A stretch of 64,000 nucleotides of DNA from Lama guanicoe. Lineage: Eukaryota. A program made the translations under genes and the position numbers. Positions 1 through 13,951 of the stretch are shown in pieces (position 1 is the stretch's first letter; the number at the start of each line of letters is the position of its first letter). The stretch covers positions 496,001 to 560,000 of the forward strand of contig MU053559.1 of NCBI GenBank assembly GCA_013239625.1. Direction: 5' to 3'. Under the pieces are notes generated by a model, which was not told the DNA's origin, did no database searches, and saw nothing but the letters and a program-made list of their open reading frames with translations.

Positions 1-342
1 CTATATAAACATTAAAATAATAGGAATAGAAAATATAATTTCCAAGCTACTAAGGGGAAAAAAAGAATAACCCCCCCTAAATCAATCCAAGAAGTGAAAC
101 AAATGTATATACATTGATATTTCATTGTAAAAATATTTATATCTATATATGAGTGACTAAAATGAAAGGTTATACTACTAATTAAATTAAACTGCTAATT
201 GAATTGAAAAGTTATTAGGTCCGAGGACTAGGATTAGCCTGTTTAGGCCTTTATTATTTTGGATAATTTTTGGAATACAAATTTGAACACTGATCATAGC
301 ACGACGATTGGAGAAATATTATATAAAACTCCAGAAAATGGT

Positions 343-411
343 GGGGGGAAGCTTTAGCTCAAGCGGTAGAGTACATGCTTAGCATGCACGAGGTCCTGGG
401 TTCAATCCCCA
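343..411 (+). mobile_element. tRNA-Ala-derived camelid SINE head (3' truncated)
   Basis: TAGCTCAAGCGGTAGAG...GGTTCAATCCCC A/B boxes. Confidence 0.8.
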
Positions 412-819
412 TGGAAATTTAGAAAGCTATAAATATGTAAAGTACAGAAATGAGAAACTATTCCTAGGAGGTTGGATTGATACTTGCCATTTATTTCTGC
501 AACGTAGTTCCTTCTTTTCCAAAAATCTTGCAAGCAGCGTGGGTGACTTTTCTAATGATAAGAGAAAACACTATTTCTGGAATGAAAGTAAAGGAAATAG
601 GAAGCAACAGAAGGCTATTTAATGGTATGTGAAAGGGTTCCAGTTTCAATATAAATGATAAAACCACAAGACAAAGCTTTATCCCGCCCCTCTGCCTAGA
701 GCACACGCGTCCTGTGTGTGACCATTGTATGGTGCACACTGATGGATTGATGGAGACTATCTGACCTGTCCTTTGAGGACTTGCCCCAAATAGCTATTTC
801 CCACTTAGCACACCTGGCC

Positions 820-985
820 TAGAGCACGAGTGTTCATAATCCACTGGTGGGCTTGTTCAAACCCAGGCTGCTGGACCCCCATCCCCAGTTTTCTCATTCA
901 GTGGGTCTGGGGTGGGGTCCGACAACGGACATTTCTAACACTTTCCCAGTGATGAGGCTGCATCCTCGCTTGGAAAACTACCGGC
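820..985. mobile_element. MER5-type hAT DNA transposon relic
   Basis: CAGGCTGCTGGACCCCCATCCCCAG...TTCAGTGGGTCTGGGGTGGGG...CATTTCTAACA resembles MER5A. Confidence 0.6.
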
Positions 986-2329
986 CTCGGATATGGGTCC
1001 GCAAACGGAGGACACCGGAGCCTGGCAGATGTGTGAGGCCCGGCACCTCAGGGCTGGGTGGCTAGGGACACCCCTGGCCTTTAGCCTCCGGGACCTCTTG
1101 ACAACTTGGGGAAATTGCGGGGAGCTAATGCTGGGTAACTAGCGCGGATTTACAAAGCCAGGGTCGTGGAGAAATGACATTCTCGAAATGATGTCTGATG
1201 AGAGTTTGCAGTTTAGACCTCAAATTTATTTCAGATTCAAAGGAGAAAGGTAAGCACCGCCGCAGCGAGCAGGTTTCCCGCAAACCTTGCGGTGGGCAGC
1301 TTCCTTCCCAGCAGCCATCAGGCTCCGAAGCGTTTTTTTCAGACACGAAAGGCGGGCGAAGAGGCTGCGTAGATGGGGGCGGGGTGAGGGCATGGAGGGC
1401 TTCTCGGCATTTCTGGAGCAACATTGCCATCAAGAGGAAAATCTAACAAAGCCTCAAGCCACGTGGGAAAACAGGGTGAGGCGGCACAATACCAGGCAGA
1501 AAGGAAAGCTTTGTTGGAGCAGAAAACCCAGAAGTCCTGAGTAAAGGATCCAGAAGCCGAGTGAAAGGTAGTCCCACTGATAGCAGGTGGGACGATTTGA
1601 TCGTCACCAAGGTTATGATTGCAATGGATGGAAATACATGAAAGAGAAACCTGTTTGAAATCCAAAAACTCGTGATGATACGAATGAAACTAGCTCATTG
1701 GTCACTGTGGGAGGATGCTTGGGAAACAAAGCTTGATATTGAAAACTGGTAAATACAGGGAAAGAATCAAGCGTTTATCCTGTTTTTCTTATATAAGGCG
1801 AAGAGTTGGCTGGGGAAGTTCTCCTTTATAGGTGTATTTGGGCTAATAAACGAAGAAGGAACGAGGGACTCAGAACATCCCATTTTGTCACTCCTTTGTG
1901 AATAAATGATCCAGGCACCGCCCATCGATGACCGATGACGTCACAAAAAGAGGGACAACAAATAGTATGTGCCTGACAATGAAGGCACAAAGCATCCATA
2001 TGAAGCTGTCCTGAATCTATATAAACATGAGAATAATGTGAAGGCTGAATGGATATTTGACGACATTTAGGATTTATTATAATTTTTTTGATGAGAAAAT
2101 GGTGTTGAGTTTAGATTTTCTAGAGTCCTTATCTTTCAGATGCACATACTGACATATTCTAGATAAAATAATATGATGTCTGAGATTTGCTTCAAAATAA
2201 TCTGAGAGGAGTGTAGCGGGTGGGATATAGATGAAATAAGATTGGTCATGAGTTTATAAAGGTCGGAGCTGTGTGATGGGTACAGAATGTTCTAGAAAAG
2301 TCTCTAGACTTTTGTGTACTTTTTTTATT

Positions 2330-2510
2330 TTTAATTTTTTATTTCTTTATTGAAGTATAGTCGATTTACAATGTTGTATTAAATTCTGGGGTACAGCATG
2401 GTGATTCAGTTATATATATATATATATGCCTTTTCATATTCTTTTTCATTGTAGGCTGTTACAAGATATTGAATATAGTTCCCTGTGCTCTACAGTAGAA
2501 CCTTGTTATG
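2330..2510 (-). mobile_element. L1 3' end fragment
   Basis: TTTATTGAAGTATAGTCGATTTACAATGTTG...TATAGTTCCCTGTGC. Confidence 0.7.
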
Positions 2511-2756
2511 TAAGTTTCTAATTTGCCGTAATACAAAGTAAAAATAAAATTTGATTACTGGAATTAAGCATTTTATAATTAATTCAGAGCTAGCTTTGAA
2601 TACACTCTTAACACATGCTCCATTAATTTGCATTCATACAGCTTGTGTGAAATGTGACTTAAAGTTTTAGATGGCCTAGTTTCATACAATCCTGAGTCAT
2701 GTCACCGCTTATGAGTCATTTCCCAAATCCGCAACCCTACTTACTGTTAAGGATCC

Positions 2757-2843
2757 TTTTTTTTTTAAAGGAGATACTGGGGATTGAACCCAGGACCTCA
2801 TGCATCTTAAGCATGTGCTTTACCACTGAGCTACACCCTCCCC
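2757..2843 (-). mobile_element. camelid tRNA-Ala SINE
   Basis: Reverse-complement A/B boxes with poly-T tail. Confidence 0.85.
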
Positions 2844-3299
2844 TCAATCCATGTTTAGCTTTTCTTTTTCTAGTAAAGACAGACAGGGATTTATGTGGTG
2901 CTGCATTTTGTATGTACATGGAATTATGTTTTACTCATAAGGTTCTAGTAAATAGAGTTGGAGGTTCTCAACTTGCTCTGAATCATTTCATAGTTAATTA
3001 CACATGTAGGACATTCATGTTTCAGCCACTGGTGAGAAATGAAGCTTCTCTCGTGTTACTTAAAACCCATTAATGACCCCCTCCCAAATAAAAGACATGC
3101 TCTGTTCTTTAACTGGTAGGATGCCTCCTGCTCACACATCAACTTCTGATTTTGTTAGCTGTGGCCAAGGCGGCAGGAAGGTTCTCAACACACAGGGGAA
3201 AAGCGATTTTAACCTGGACCACAGGCACCAAATGGGGCCCCCTTCTTCCCAGGGAACAGTGTGATTGGCAGCCATTTTAAGGCTTCTCGAACTGGGGAT

Positions 3300-4220
3300 G
3301 GAGCCTGAACTGGAAAAAATTTGCAGGGGAGGCCTGAGACTGCTGTCCTGAGAAAGGCCTGCTTGCAAAGTTAGCCCTTGGTTAGTGTCACAGATTGAGC
3401 TGTGTCCCTACCCCCAAATTCGTATGTTGAAGCCCTACCGTCAGTGTGACTGTATTTGGAGACTAGGGCCTTTAAGGAGGTAATTAAAGTTAAATAAGGT
3501 CATAAAGGTGGGGCCCTGATCCAATAGGACTGGTGTCCTGAGATGAAGAGACCCCAGGTTGCTCTCTTTCTCGGTGCCTGCACAGAGGAAAGGCCATGTT
3601 AAGACACAGCAAGAAGGCGGCTGTCTACAAGGCAGGAAGAGAGTCCTCGCCAGCAACCAACCCTGGTGGTGCCTTGATCTTGAATTTCTAGCCTCCAGAA
3701 CTGTGAGAAAAGAAAGTTTCTGTTGTTAAAGCCACCAAGACTGTGGTAGCTTGTGTGGCAGCCTGAGCTGACTAATGCAGCTGGCATCTGGGAACTCAGA
3801 TTTTGGGAGGGTTCCCGGCACTCTCTAAATGACAAGTGGCTGACTGTGCCTAAATGGTTTGAACAAAACACTGTGGTTTATGCTGAACACCTGCTTTCCT
3901 TCTGGGGAGCTGGGGTTTGGGTCCATGCAAACTGGAGGGTGCCTATGTCACTGGCTCCTGATAAAAATCTTGGACTCTTATGCTCAGGTTGAGTTTCCCC
4001 ACTGACCAGATTTTAGATGTGGTGTCACAGTTCATTCATTGCTGGAGGAATTAAGCGTGTCTTGTGTGACTTCACCAAGAGAGGAATGTCCCTTTTCCCT
4101 GTGCTGATCGCACTTCGGGTCCTTTCATTGTAATAAATCACAGCATGACTACACAGAGACCTGTGAGTCCTCAGTGTGAATCATCAAACCTGGGGGTGGT
4201 CTCAGGGACCCCCCCACACA
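3300..4220 (+). mobile_element. MER21-like LTR interrupted by an MLT1-like MaLR LTR (~3387-3779)
   Basis: Flanks are homologous to the copy at 12140-12640; the insert has typical MLT1A/B text (ATGTTGAAGCCCTA...CCAGAACTGTGAGAAA). Confidence 0.7.
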
Positions 4221-4749
4221 CACAGCCTCTTCCCCATAGTCCCATGCCATTGTCCTCAGAGCCCCTCCATTCGTCCCTTTACTGCTTGTATAACTGCTAG
4301 CTCCTTGGGAGCAGGGTCCTTAGTCATTACTGTATTCCCAGTGCCTGGAACAGAGTAGGATCCCAGTAAAGGTCTGTTGATTCTTTTGGGGGTTTGGAGG
4401 GCTTAAAACAGACATTTATTCTCTGATGGTTCTGGAAGTTAGACATCTGAAATCAAGGTGTCAGCAGAGTCATGTTCCCTCAAAGGCTCCAGGGGAGAGA
4501 ACTTACTTGCCTCTTCCAGCTTCTGGTGGGTTGCCAGCAATCCTTGGCAGTCCACGCAGAATTGCTTGGTGTGGGAAAAAAAACCCCACACATCTGGTGT
4601 CAGAGGTGGTGTGAGCAGTAATTTTTATAGAGGAAAAAAATCTTGGAATACATAATAAGCATGAGACATAATATACATGATATGCCAAGAATATCAAGTA
4701 AAGAGATTGAGAAAATCTGGAGTAGGTTCTAAACATCTGTATTTTGATT

Positions 4750-4871
4750 TATGATGGGGAGGTAATTAGGTTTCTTCATTGATTTCTGCTTGGAGGAGGT
4801 ACTGGGGTTTGAACCCCTGACCTCCTGGGTGCTGAGCATGCGCTCTGTCACTTGAGCTATACCCTTCCCCC
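4750..4871 (-). mobile_element. camelid tRNA-Ala SINE
   Basis: A/B boxes plus GGTAATTAGGTTT tail. Confidence 0.85.
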
Positions 4872-5490
4872 TAAACATCTGTATTTTGATAAAACTCTGT
4901 TGGCAAGTCTGATGTGCATTGAGAACCACTGGCTTAGAACATGCTAGATTTAAAAAGAAGTAAATTTATGACAACTTCACAATGATGACTGATATTATGA
5001 CTGATAACTCTATCCTGTTGTGGTCTAACCTCGTCAAGCAAAGTGCCACCAGGACTCTGATAAATATAGGAAAACTCAACGGAAATGTTTCAGAAGGGTT
5101 TTGGTTAGTGCTTCCTCTAAGTTTCAACATATTATGAAAAGCAAGATCACAAATCTCTAGGGACTTCTCATAAAGCAAACGCTTTCGAAAATATTTATAT
5201 TAGTCACATTTTAACTATATAAAGTTAACCTCAGGAAGGCCAAGGGTCTTATGATTTGCCAATTCTTTCCATGCAACTTATCAGTAGTAACACAGCAGAT
5301 AAGATATTTTAAACAATGAGTAAAAATGTATGAGAAAAGTAAAGACAGAAAACAGTGGTTGCAATATAAATTCAAGACAAAATTAAGGGAATTTAAAAGA
5401 TTAAACAGTCAAAAAGGATCAAGGCATGATCGCAAGCATGATCAACACTGAAAATATAACAGCCATAGATGATCGGATAAAGAAGTTGTG

Positions 5491-5492
<2 letters not shown>

Positions 5493-5541
<49 letters not shown>

Positions 5542-5552
5542 TACATATATAT
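5493..5552. repeat. (TA)n(CA)n microsatellite
   Basis: Direct reading. Confidence 0.9.
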
Positions 5553-6413
5553 AATGGAATACTATTCAACCATTAAAAGGGAAAAATGGTAACATTTGCA
5601 GCAACATGGATGGACCTAGAGATTATCATACTAAGTGAAATAAATCAGAGAACGCCAAATACCATATGATATCATTTATATGGGGAAATTTTTTTAAAAA
5701 GTGACACAAATGAACTTACTTACAAAACAGAAACAGACTCAGACAGAAAACAAACTTGTGGTTACCAAAGGGGAAAGAGGGGAGAGGGATAAATTAGGAA
5801 TTTGGGATTTGCAGATACACACTACTATAAATAAAAAAGATAAACAACTAGGTCTTACTGTATAATACAGGGATCTATATTCAATAGCTTGCAATAACTT
5901 ATCATGAAAAAGAATATGAAAAATAATATATATGTAAATGTATAACTGAATCACTATGCTGGACACCAGAAACTAACACAACACTGTAAATCAACAATCC
6001 TTTAATTGAAAAAAACCTAGAGAATGTCATTCTCAGTGAAGTAAGCCAGAAAGAGAAAGAAAAATACCATATGAGATCGCTCATATGTGGAATCTAAAAA
6101 ACAAACAAACAAACAAAGCATAAATACAAAACAAAAACAGACTCATAGACATAGAATACAAACTTGTGGTTGCCAAGGGACAGGAAGGGAGTCTGGGATT
6201 TCAAAATGTAGAATAGATAAACAAGACTATACTGCATAGCACAGGGAAATATATACAAGATCTTCTGATAGCTCACAGAGAAAAAAAATGTGACAATGTA
6301 TATATATATGTTCATGTGTAACTGAAAAATTGTGCTCTACATTGAAATTTGACACAACATTGTAAAATCATTATAAATCAATAAAAAATGTTTTAAAAAA
6401 GAAAAAGAAAAAA
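5553..6413 (+). mobile_element. Two stacked L1 3' ends (~5553-6015 and ~6016-6413)
   Basis: ATGGAATACTATTCA...GCAACATGGATGGACCTAGAG, L1 3' UTR and A-tails, repeated twice. Confidence 0.85.
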
Positions 6414-6994
6414 TCTAGAAAGTAACATGATTGTAAAGAACTTAAGTCAGAAAACTTCATTTAAAATTTTTTTCCTTCAAAAATTAAAACATAATAAAGT
6501 CTGTAGAGAACACAGATTATTATTTCAGTAAAATGCAAAGCCTTTGCTATCTCAGTGTAGATTGGACAGAAAGTAAAGAATAACCATTCACGTGGTAGGT
6601 GGACACAATGACACCAGCAAGCAAGTCCATCAAAATTGAGCAAACTATGCTAAGAACCCATCACGCAGCTCCCTCCAAGACTCAGGTATTAGAAACTAAG
6701 GCCAATAAAATTCACTTTTCTCCAAGTTGGGTTCTTCATTATTCTCTTTCATATTCTGGAATGATCTGGCACTTGAGGACAGATGTCAGGGGGGCCCCCA
6801 AGGTCGGAACTAATTTCATAATGATACCAAGATATTAGTTACGTTAAACATGTAATGCATTCATCATTGCTATCATTGAATGAATCAGTAACGGTGTAAA
6901 TTTTTCTCATTTTTAATTTCTAACCTGGCAAATAGCAAAAGCTATAACCCATATAGAAAATGCAGAAAGAAAGGAAAACAGTCAAGCAAGGCAA

Positions 6995-7572
6995 AATAAT
7001 AGCAGTTTAGCCATTAAACAAAGTCAAGGACCTTTAGTTCCTCCACAAGGGCTATAGATAATATACTGAGCCATATCCTTTGAACTGTTTTGCAGACTGA
7101 AAACTCCCACCAGGTGGAGGAAGTTAACTGTATGCTGCCCGCAAGCACACAGACCCCAGACCAGGTGGAACTAGAAGGTTGATGGTGTTGACTCCCAATT
7201 ACCTCACCACCAACCAATCAGAAAAATGTCCACATACCCCCACAACCTGCCTCCCTCAACCTTTTTTTTAAAACCTTTCTTGGGGGAGCTCAGTGGTAGA
7301 GGGCATGCCTAGCACGCATGAGGTCCTGGGTTCAATCCCAGTACTTCCATTTAAAAAATAAATAAACCTAATTACCACCCTCCCACCCCCAACAAAAAAC
7401 CCAAACTTTCCCTGAAAGCCTTGGGAGAGTTTGGGCCTTTTAAGCAGTAGCTGCCTAGACTCCTTGCTTGGCGCCCTGCAATAAACACTGCACTTTCCTT
7501 GACCACAACCTGCTGTCAGTAGATTGGCTTTACTGCGCATTGGCGAGTGGACCCAAGTTTGGTTTGGTAACA
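6995..7572 (+). mobile_element. ERV1-type solo LTR with a SINE inserted at ~7281-7400
   Basis: CCAATCAG, AATAAA near 7480 and 3' terminus GGTAACA; internal SINE with A/B boxes. Confidence 0.65.
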
Positions 7573-9809
7573 AGAACACAGCTCTTTTAATTTAAGAGAC
7601 TCGGCAAAATAGTTGATTTGTTGACGCCCTCCGGAGCTAGAAAAACATTACACGCTCACACACCAAACACTGAATAACAGACACACTCATGCACACAGAC
7701 ACAGAGAGCTTAAAGTTTCCGTTCTTCACTGTTAGTCACAGGACAAGAGCTGCAAAAGGTATAGACAAATAAATCAGATACCCTGTGGTTTCTTGCCCAA
7801 GCTTCATTCATTCATTCATTCATAGATGTCACCATATGGCCAGATTAGAAAGCCAAGTTCCTAATCATTGCTGCCACCGATGGGCAATAATTTGGTTGCC
7901 ACAAGCCAAAAACAAACATTCAACACACAGCTGGGCAGGCACTGTGTCCTGGCCTCGATGTCTATTATTCTTCACTTGACCCCTGCAAGGAGCAGGATGA
8001 TATGCAGTAAAAATGTCTTTTTTCTGCACTTTTGTTATTGACTGCTGCTGGAATAGTCCTTTTAAAACTCCCCGCTTATCTCTTTGCACTCCTGCTCAAG
8101 AACCCATAGTGGCGCCCTCCTTCCTGTTATCAAGTGGACCCAGCTGATCATTTCCTCAGCTTCCATGCTTGCCAGTCATGTCTGAGAATGCATTGAGGCC
8201 ATGGTGCCCACCGTGCGTCACAATCATCAAAAGCAAGGCCAGGGATGACCTCCGCTCTGAGTCTGCGTCACTGGATGGAGTTCAGGGGTCATTGGGAATG
8301 TCAGTTTTCTGAGGGCAGAGGTTTGACCTGTTTTGTTCTCTGTCCTGGCCCAGTGCCTACCACGCTGTAGAGACTTAGGTAATAAATGTCAGAAGAATGA
8401 ACGAACTGACTCCCCAACCCTCAGCTGGGTCCGGAGGAAACTGAGGAACAGCATGGGGAGGCGATTGGCTCAGGGTTGAATAATGGGGGGAGCCAGGATT
8501 TTACCTGGCCAGTTTCTTTCACAGCCCCTCTCCTCGCGCTGCTCCTGGCAATGGTAGGTGTGGATGTGCACAACCTAGACCCCCTTTCAAGGAAACGCTG
8601 TCTGCAGCCGTCAGCTCCGCAGGGTGGCTAAGAGCCACCTTCCTGGGGTCAAGCCCAGCCTGGCCAGCCCACATCTGATTACTGAGCCAGGTGGAGATAT
8701 GGTGCCCAGCGTTTCCTCCCAATGGGGGTCGCTCTGACTGATAGCCCTGGCTCCAGAGCTCCCTTGGGGCCTTTGTAGGGCCAGTGTCCCAACTCTACTG
8801 CCCCCTCCCCATCCCACTTCCCTGTGCAGGAACCCATCCCTAACAAACATACCCCAGACTCCATCTCGAGTTCTGCTTTCAGAGAACCCATCTTGTGACA
8901 CTGGCTGTCCAGCAAAGGCCTAATAAAATGTCCCAGTGATCTCAAGGGCCTTAACCTGGCAGCTGCCAGGAATTACACCAGTTTGGGGAAAGCAGGTGAG
9001 TAGAATAGCTATCTTGTTCATCAGCTAAATGTCGCTGTCTGACTAGTTGAGAGGCAATTTATTTCAAGCGCACGTGAGAAAGTTGGAGGCACGCGACACA
9101 AAGCAGAAGGGGCAGGAAGTGGCTGTGTGAACTTCACTGGCGCTGGGTAGTATGAAACTCAGGCTCACACAACCAGACAGGTGGGATGGAGGGCAAAAAC
9201 CTGGGGCGGGTTTTTATTCAGAACACGTTTCCATCTGGTTCTGTGGGGATTGCAAAAATCAAAAGGCCCAAGAGAACAGCAGATGGACTGTATTCTTTGG
9301 GATCTGGGAAGTCAGGTTTCAGGGAGCTCCTGAAACGTGTAACATGCTGTGTAGCTCAAGAATCGTGTCCAACAGGTTGTTTTAGCTTAAGAAACACTCA
9401 AGAATGAAAAGTTGAAAGCGATGATACTTAGCACTTGAATGAATAATCTCTCTGATGCAAGAATGAGTAAGACTAGATCAAGCCTGTCAGGAAACTCGAG
9501 CATCACTCTGGACAGATGGAGGAAACAGCCTCAGAGATTCTAGCCTGCACCTCAGTTAGTGTGGTAGTAGGAGCTTGGTGGCTTCTTTTTTATAATTGAG
9601 TGCTAATTTCTAATCATTATTGCATCATGGTCTGGGATTATGGTCATTGGAAATTTTTTTTAAGCTAGAGGATTTCTTGTGGTTCACAAACTGGGCAGTA
9701 CACATCTTTTTTATTCTCCAATGAGGCTGAGTGAGGTGTAATTTGACCATCAGTGACTTCTCCCTTTGAATAGACACCTGAAGATGGACTTAGGGAGAAA
9801 AAGAAAAAG

Positions 9810-10570
9810 CTCATAGATAAAGACAACAGATTGGTGGTTGCCAGAGGTTGGGGGGTAGGGGTGAAATGGATGAAGGGCAGGTGGGAGGATATAGCTCAGT
9901 GGTAGAGTGCATGCCTAGCATGCACGAGGTCCTAGGTTCAATCCCCAGTACCTCCATCAAATAAACAAACAAACAAACCTAATTACCTTCCCCCCACACA
10001 AAAAAAGAAAAAAAATTTTTAATGGGTGAAGGGCATCAAAAAAAGGTACAAACTTCCATTTATAAAATAAATAAGTCATGGGGATTTAATGTACAGCATG
10101 GCAACTATAGTTAATAATACTGTATTTCATATATGAAAGTAAATCTTGAGTTCTCATCACAGAAAAAAATTGTAACTACATATGGTGATGGGTGTTAACT
10201 AGACTTATTGTGGTAATTATTTCACAATATATACAAATACCAAATCTTTATCCATTTCATTATATTTACACCTGAAACTAATATAATATTGTATGTCAGT
10301 TATACCTCAGTTAAAAATTTAAACATGGACCTAGGGCAGTCAAATCAAGATCTAATAGAGACTCACATAGTAAACTTATGGTTACTAGGAGGGAAGGGGG
10401 TGAGAAGGGATAAACTGGGCGTACAAGATGTGCAAATACTAACTACTATATATAAAATACTTAAAAAAACCAGATTTCCTCTGTATAGCACAGGGAACTA
10501 TATTCAGTATCTTGTGGTAACCTATAATGAAAAAGAATATGAAAACGAATGTATGTATGTATATGATTGA
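9810..10570 (+). mobile_element. L1 3' fragments with a nested camelid SINE (~9882-10015)
   Basis: GGTGGTTGCCAGAGG..., CTGAAACTAATATAATATTG, TATAGCACAGGGAACTATATTC. Confidence 0.75.
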
Positions 10571-10939
10571 AGGGCACGGATGGTGGAATTGTTAATAGAG
10601 GTCAAACCAGAGAAGCTGGAGTCCTGGAATAGCTCAAAATTAGATCAGAGGGTCTTAATGTTGGAATGGTTAACAGGAATCTCTATTCCTAGTCAGACCA
10701 GAGGGCCGATGATGGTGGAACCATTTATAGAGGTCTGGGTTTGAGGTCAGGGCAGAGGGGCACCCGCAGTAGAATAGCTAACAAAAGCTCTGGGTTTTAC
10801 TTGGATGGAAAGTCAGTCATGTTGGATTAATTAAGAGACACCCATATGAGAATTCAGATCAAAGGGCGTCTTGATGGAGTAAAAGCTAACAGCGTCTGAA
10901 TTTAAAGTCAGACCAGAGATGTCTTGATAACTTGAGTTC

Positions 10940-11618
10940 AAAAAGAGCCATACCGAATGATCCAGCAATCCCACTCCTGGGCATATATCCAGAGAGAATT
11001 CTGATTTGAAAAGATAACATGCACCCCAATGTTCATAGCAGCACTATTTACAATAGCCAAGACATGGAAACAACCTAAACGTCCATCGACAGATGACTGG
11101 ATAAAGAAGCTGTGGTGTATTTATACAATGGAATACTGCTCAGCCATTAAAAAGAATAAAATAGTGCCATTTGAAGCAACATGGATGGACCTGGAGATCG
11201 TCATTCTAAGTGAAGTAAGCCAGAAAGAGAAAGAAAAATACCACATGATATCACTCATATGTGGAATCTAAAAAAAAAAAAAAAACAAAGACACAAATGA
11301 ACTTATTTACAAAATGGAAACAGACTCACAGACATAGAAAATAAAATATGGTTACCAGGGAGGAAAGTGGGTGGGAAGGGATAAATTGGGAGTTTGAGAT
11401 TTGCAGATACTAATTATTATGTATAAAATAGATAAACGACAAGTTTCTTCTGTATAGCACAGGGAACTACATTTAATATCTTGTAGTAACCTATAGTGAA
11501 AAGAATATGATAAGGAATATATGTGTGTATATGCATGACTGAAACACGATGCTGTATACCAGAAATTGACACATCGTAAACTGGCTATACTTCGATTAAA
11601 AAAAAACGTTAAAAAAAG
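10940..11618 (+). mobile_element. L1 ORF2 C-terminal end + 3' UTR + poly(A), 5'-truncated
   Basis: ORF 11029-11271 MFIAALFTIAKTWKQP...WIKKLW.IYTMEY is the L1 ORF2p C-terminus. Confidence 0.92.
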
Positions 11619-12139
11619 GCCCAGTCAGAGCAGAAAACCAGTGACGATGAGATTTTAACCAGAGGCCCAGATTCAAGGTTGAATCAAAGAGTCACCAGAA
11701 TTTCAGTTCCAGGTAAGACCAGAGGGATACTGATGGTGGTGTGGTTAAGAGTTCCAGAGCTGATGTCAAATTGGAGGCACAGTGATGACAGACAAGTTAA
11801 CAGAGGCCCAAATTTGACCAATAAGCTTATTTTTTATTACTTGCTCTTTATTTCACCTTGGGTTGTAAGTCAAGAAAAAATATCATGAAGATGAATTTAA
11901 AGCAGAATGTAGTAACTAACATTAAAAAAAAAGAATGCCAACTCTGCCACCTCAAAATTTCACAAGGAGGAAACCCCCAAAATTGTGTATAACAACATCC
12001 ACGATCAGCTGTCTTGGATCCAGATGCAATAAAGAACATGACGAAGTGTGAAGACGACGTTAGAGAAAACTGAGGGTCCCCCTAAATGATCCTGCCCACC
12101 CACTGACCTTAGTTGAAACCGAGCATCTTTTCGGTGTTG

Positions 12140-12640
12140 CATACTGTGCAGAAAAATAGTTAACACAGCAGACCTGAACCACTCTCTTTGGAAAGGCCTG
12201 CATCAAGGTAGGCCCTTGGCTGGTGTCTGGAAACTTCGATTCCAGGATGACTCCCACCACTCTCTAAACGATGACAGTGCCTGGACTGTTTGTGTGAGCA
12301 CTGTGGTTTATGCAGAACTCCTGCTTTCCTTCAGGGAGCCTGGAAGTTGGGTATTTTCCAGGCAGGGGCTGCCTATGTGACCAGCCCCCAGTGGAAACCT
12401 TGGGTGCTAAGTCTCTAATGAGATTCCCTAGTTGGCAACATGTCACGTGTGCTGTCGGTACCCAGGACTGGGGGAATTTGGTGCATCCTGTGCGACTCCA
12501 CTGGGAGAGGACCCTTGGAAGCTTGTGCCTGGTCTCCTCTGGACTTCACCCTGTATCAGCTGTGTATACAACCATATGCTGATACTGAGAGTCCTTGCAA
12601 AACATTGAGTCTGGGTGGTCCTAGGAACCTCTGACACACA
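12140..12640 (+). mobile_element. MER21-like LTR
   Basis: AAAATAGTTAACACAGCAG...GAAAGGCCTGC...TGTGGTTTATGC...GCCTATGTGACCAGCCCCC; paralogous to 3300-4220. Confidence 0.7.
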
Positions 12641-13309
12641 TACATACGTGATCTTGACCATGAACAGTCCAGATCTCTGATGTCTCTATTGCATCACCAT
12701 TTACCTTAAGGTCTTGTCAGATGGAAGGTCCAGGTAGAAATGCTTCTGGCTGCAAGTAACCTCACTGTCCAGTAATAGTGGCTTGAATGAACAAGAGGTA
12801 ACTTTCCACCCACTACAAGACCACTGGTGGTAGTTCAGCAACTCAACAATGTTGGGCCCAGCTGAGGTGCTGTGACTCTGAGGACTGACCCTGTGGTCTC
12901 AAGACGGTAGCTACACTTCCCACTGAAGCCTCTGGACATGGCAGCCTACAGAGCTGGTGGGGAGGGAGCAGCTGAAGCAAGAGCCTCTTTGATGTCCTGA
13001 CAAGCCTGACATTTCCTGGTGACTCGGGTCACTGACAAGGGATTTGGGTTCTCCATCTCTGTCTATACCCCCAAATTTTCTCTCCATGCTCAGGGCTCCT
13101 GTCAAATATTGAACAATATTCTGTAGCCTCTGAGCTGTTCCAAGCCCTGAATTTGGGCCCTGGGTGGGCATGGGAAAAGCTAGGGGTGGCTGGGGTTTCT
13201 CTGTGGTGGAGAGGTTCTCCAGCCCCTGCCCCCACCAACACGAACTGCCACCTCAGCCTTAGGGCCTCTGGTTGCTCTGCACCACTGGCCTGATGCTCTA
13301 AGTCCTCAA

Positions 13310-13951
13310 CACCCCTGCTCCCTGCTTGTGGAAAAGAGGTGTTGGGCCTCGGCCTCCCTGAGGAGCTAGCAGAGTCCTGCAGACTAACAGGTGAAAGCAC
13401 TGGGTTAGAAGCCAGCAGTCCCTACCTCAGCTCCTCCGCTGCCGCCGCCCTGGTGCAAGTCCCCACCATGGCCCGCCTCCACTACTGCAGGGTCTCTGGA
13501 AGGGCCCCCCTGCTCCCGCTCCCCACCCCCAGGCTGTTCTTTTCACAGTACCCAGAGGGGTCCTCTTCCAACCAAGTCACATCACATCTCTACTCTCTTT
13601 AAAATGGTCCAGTGACTCACCCCTCACACTCAGCACCCCTGCTCCCTGCTTGTGGAAAAGAGGTGTTGGGCCTCGGCCTCCCTGAGGAGCTAGCAGAGTC
13701 CTGCAGACTAACAGGTGAAAGCACTGGGTTAGAAGCCAGCAGTCCCTACCTCAGCTCCTCCGCTGCCGCCGCCCTGGTGCAAGTCCCCACCATGGCCCGC
13801 CTCCACTACTGCAGGGTCTCTGGAAGGGCCCCCCTGCTCCCGCTCCCCACCCCCAGGCTGTTCTTTTCACAGTACCCAGAGGGGTCCTCTTCCAACCAAG
13901 TCACATCACATCTCTACTCTCTTTAAAATGGTCCAGTGACTCACCCCTCAC
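13310..13951. repeat. Tandem duplication, 318-bp identical copies, period 324
   Basis: 13310-13627 matches 13634-13951; identical peptides in the ORF track. Confidence 0.95.

Noticed and set aside
11029..11271. 80-aa ORF as a host gene
   Set aside because: C-terminal fragment of L1 ORF2p in a 5'-truncated element.
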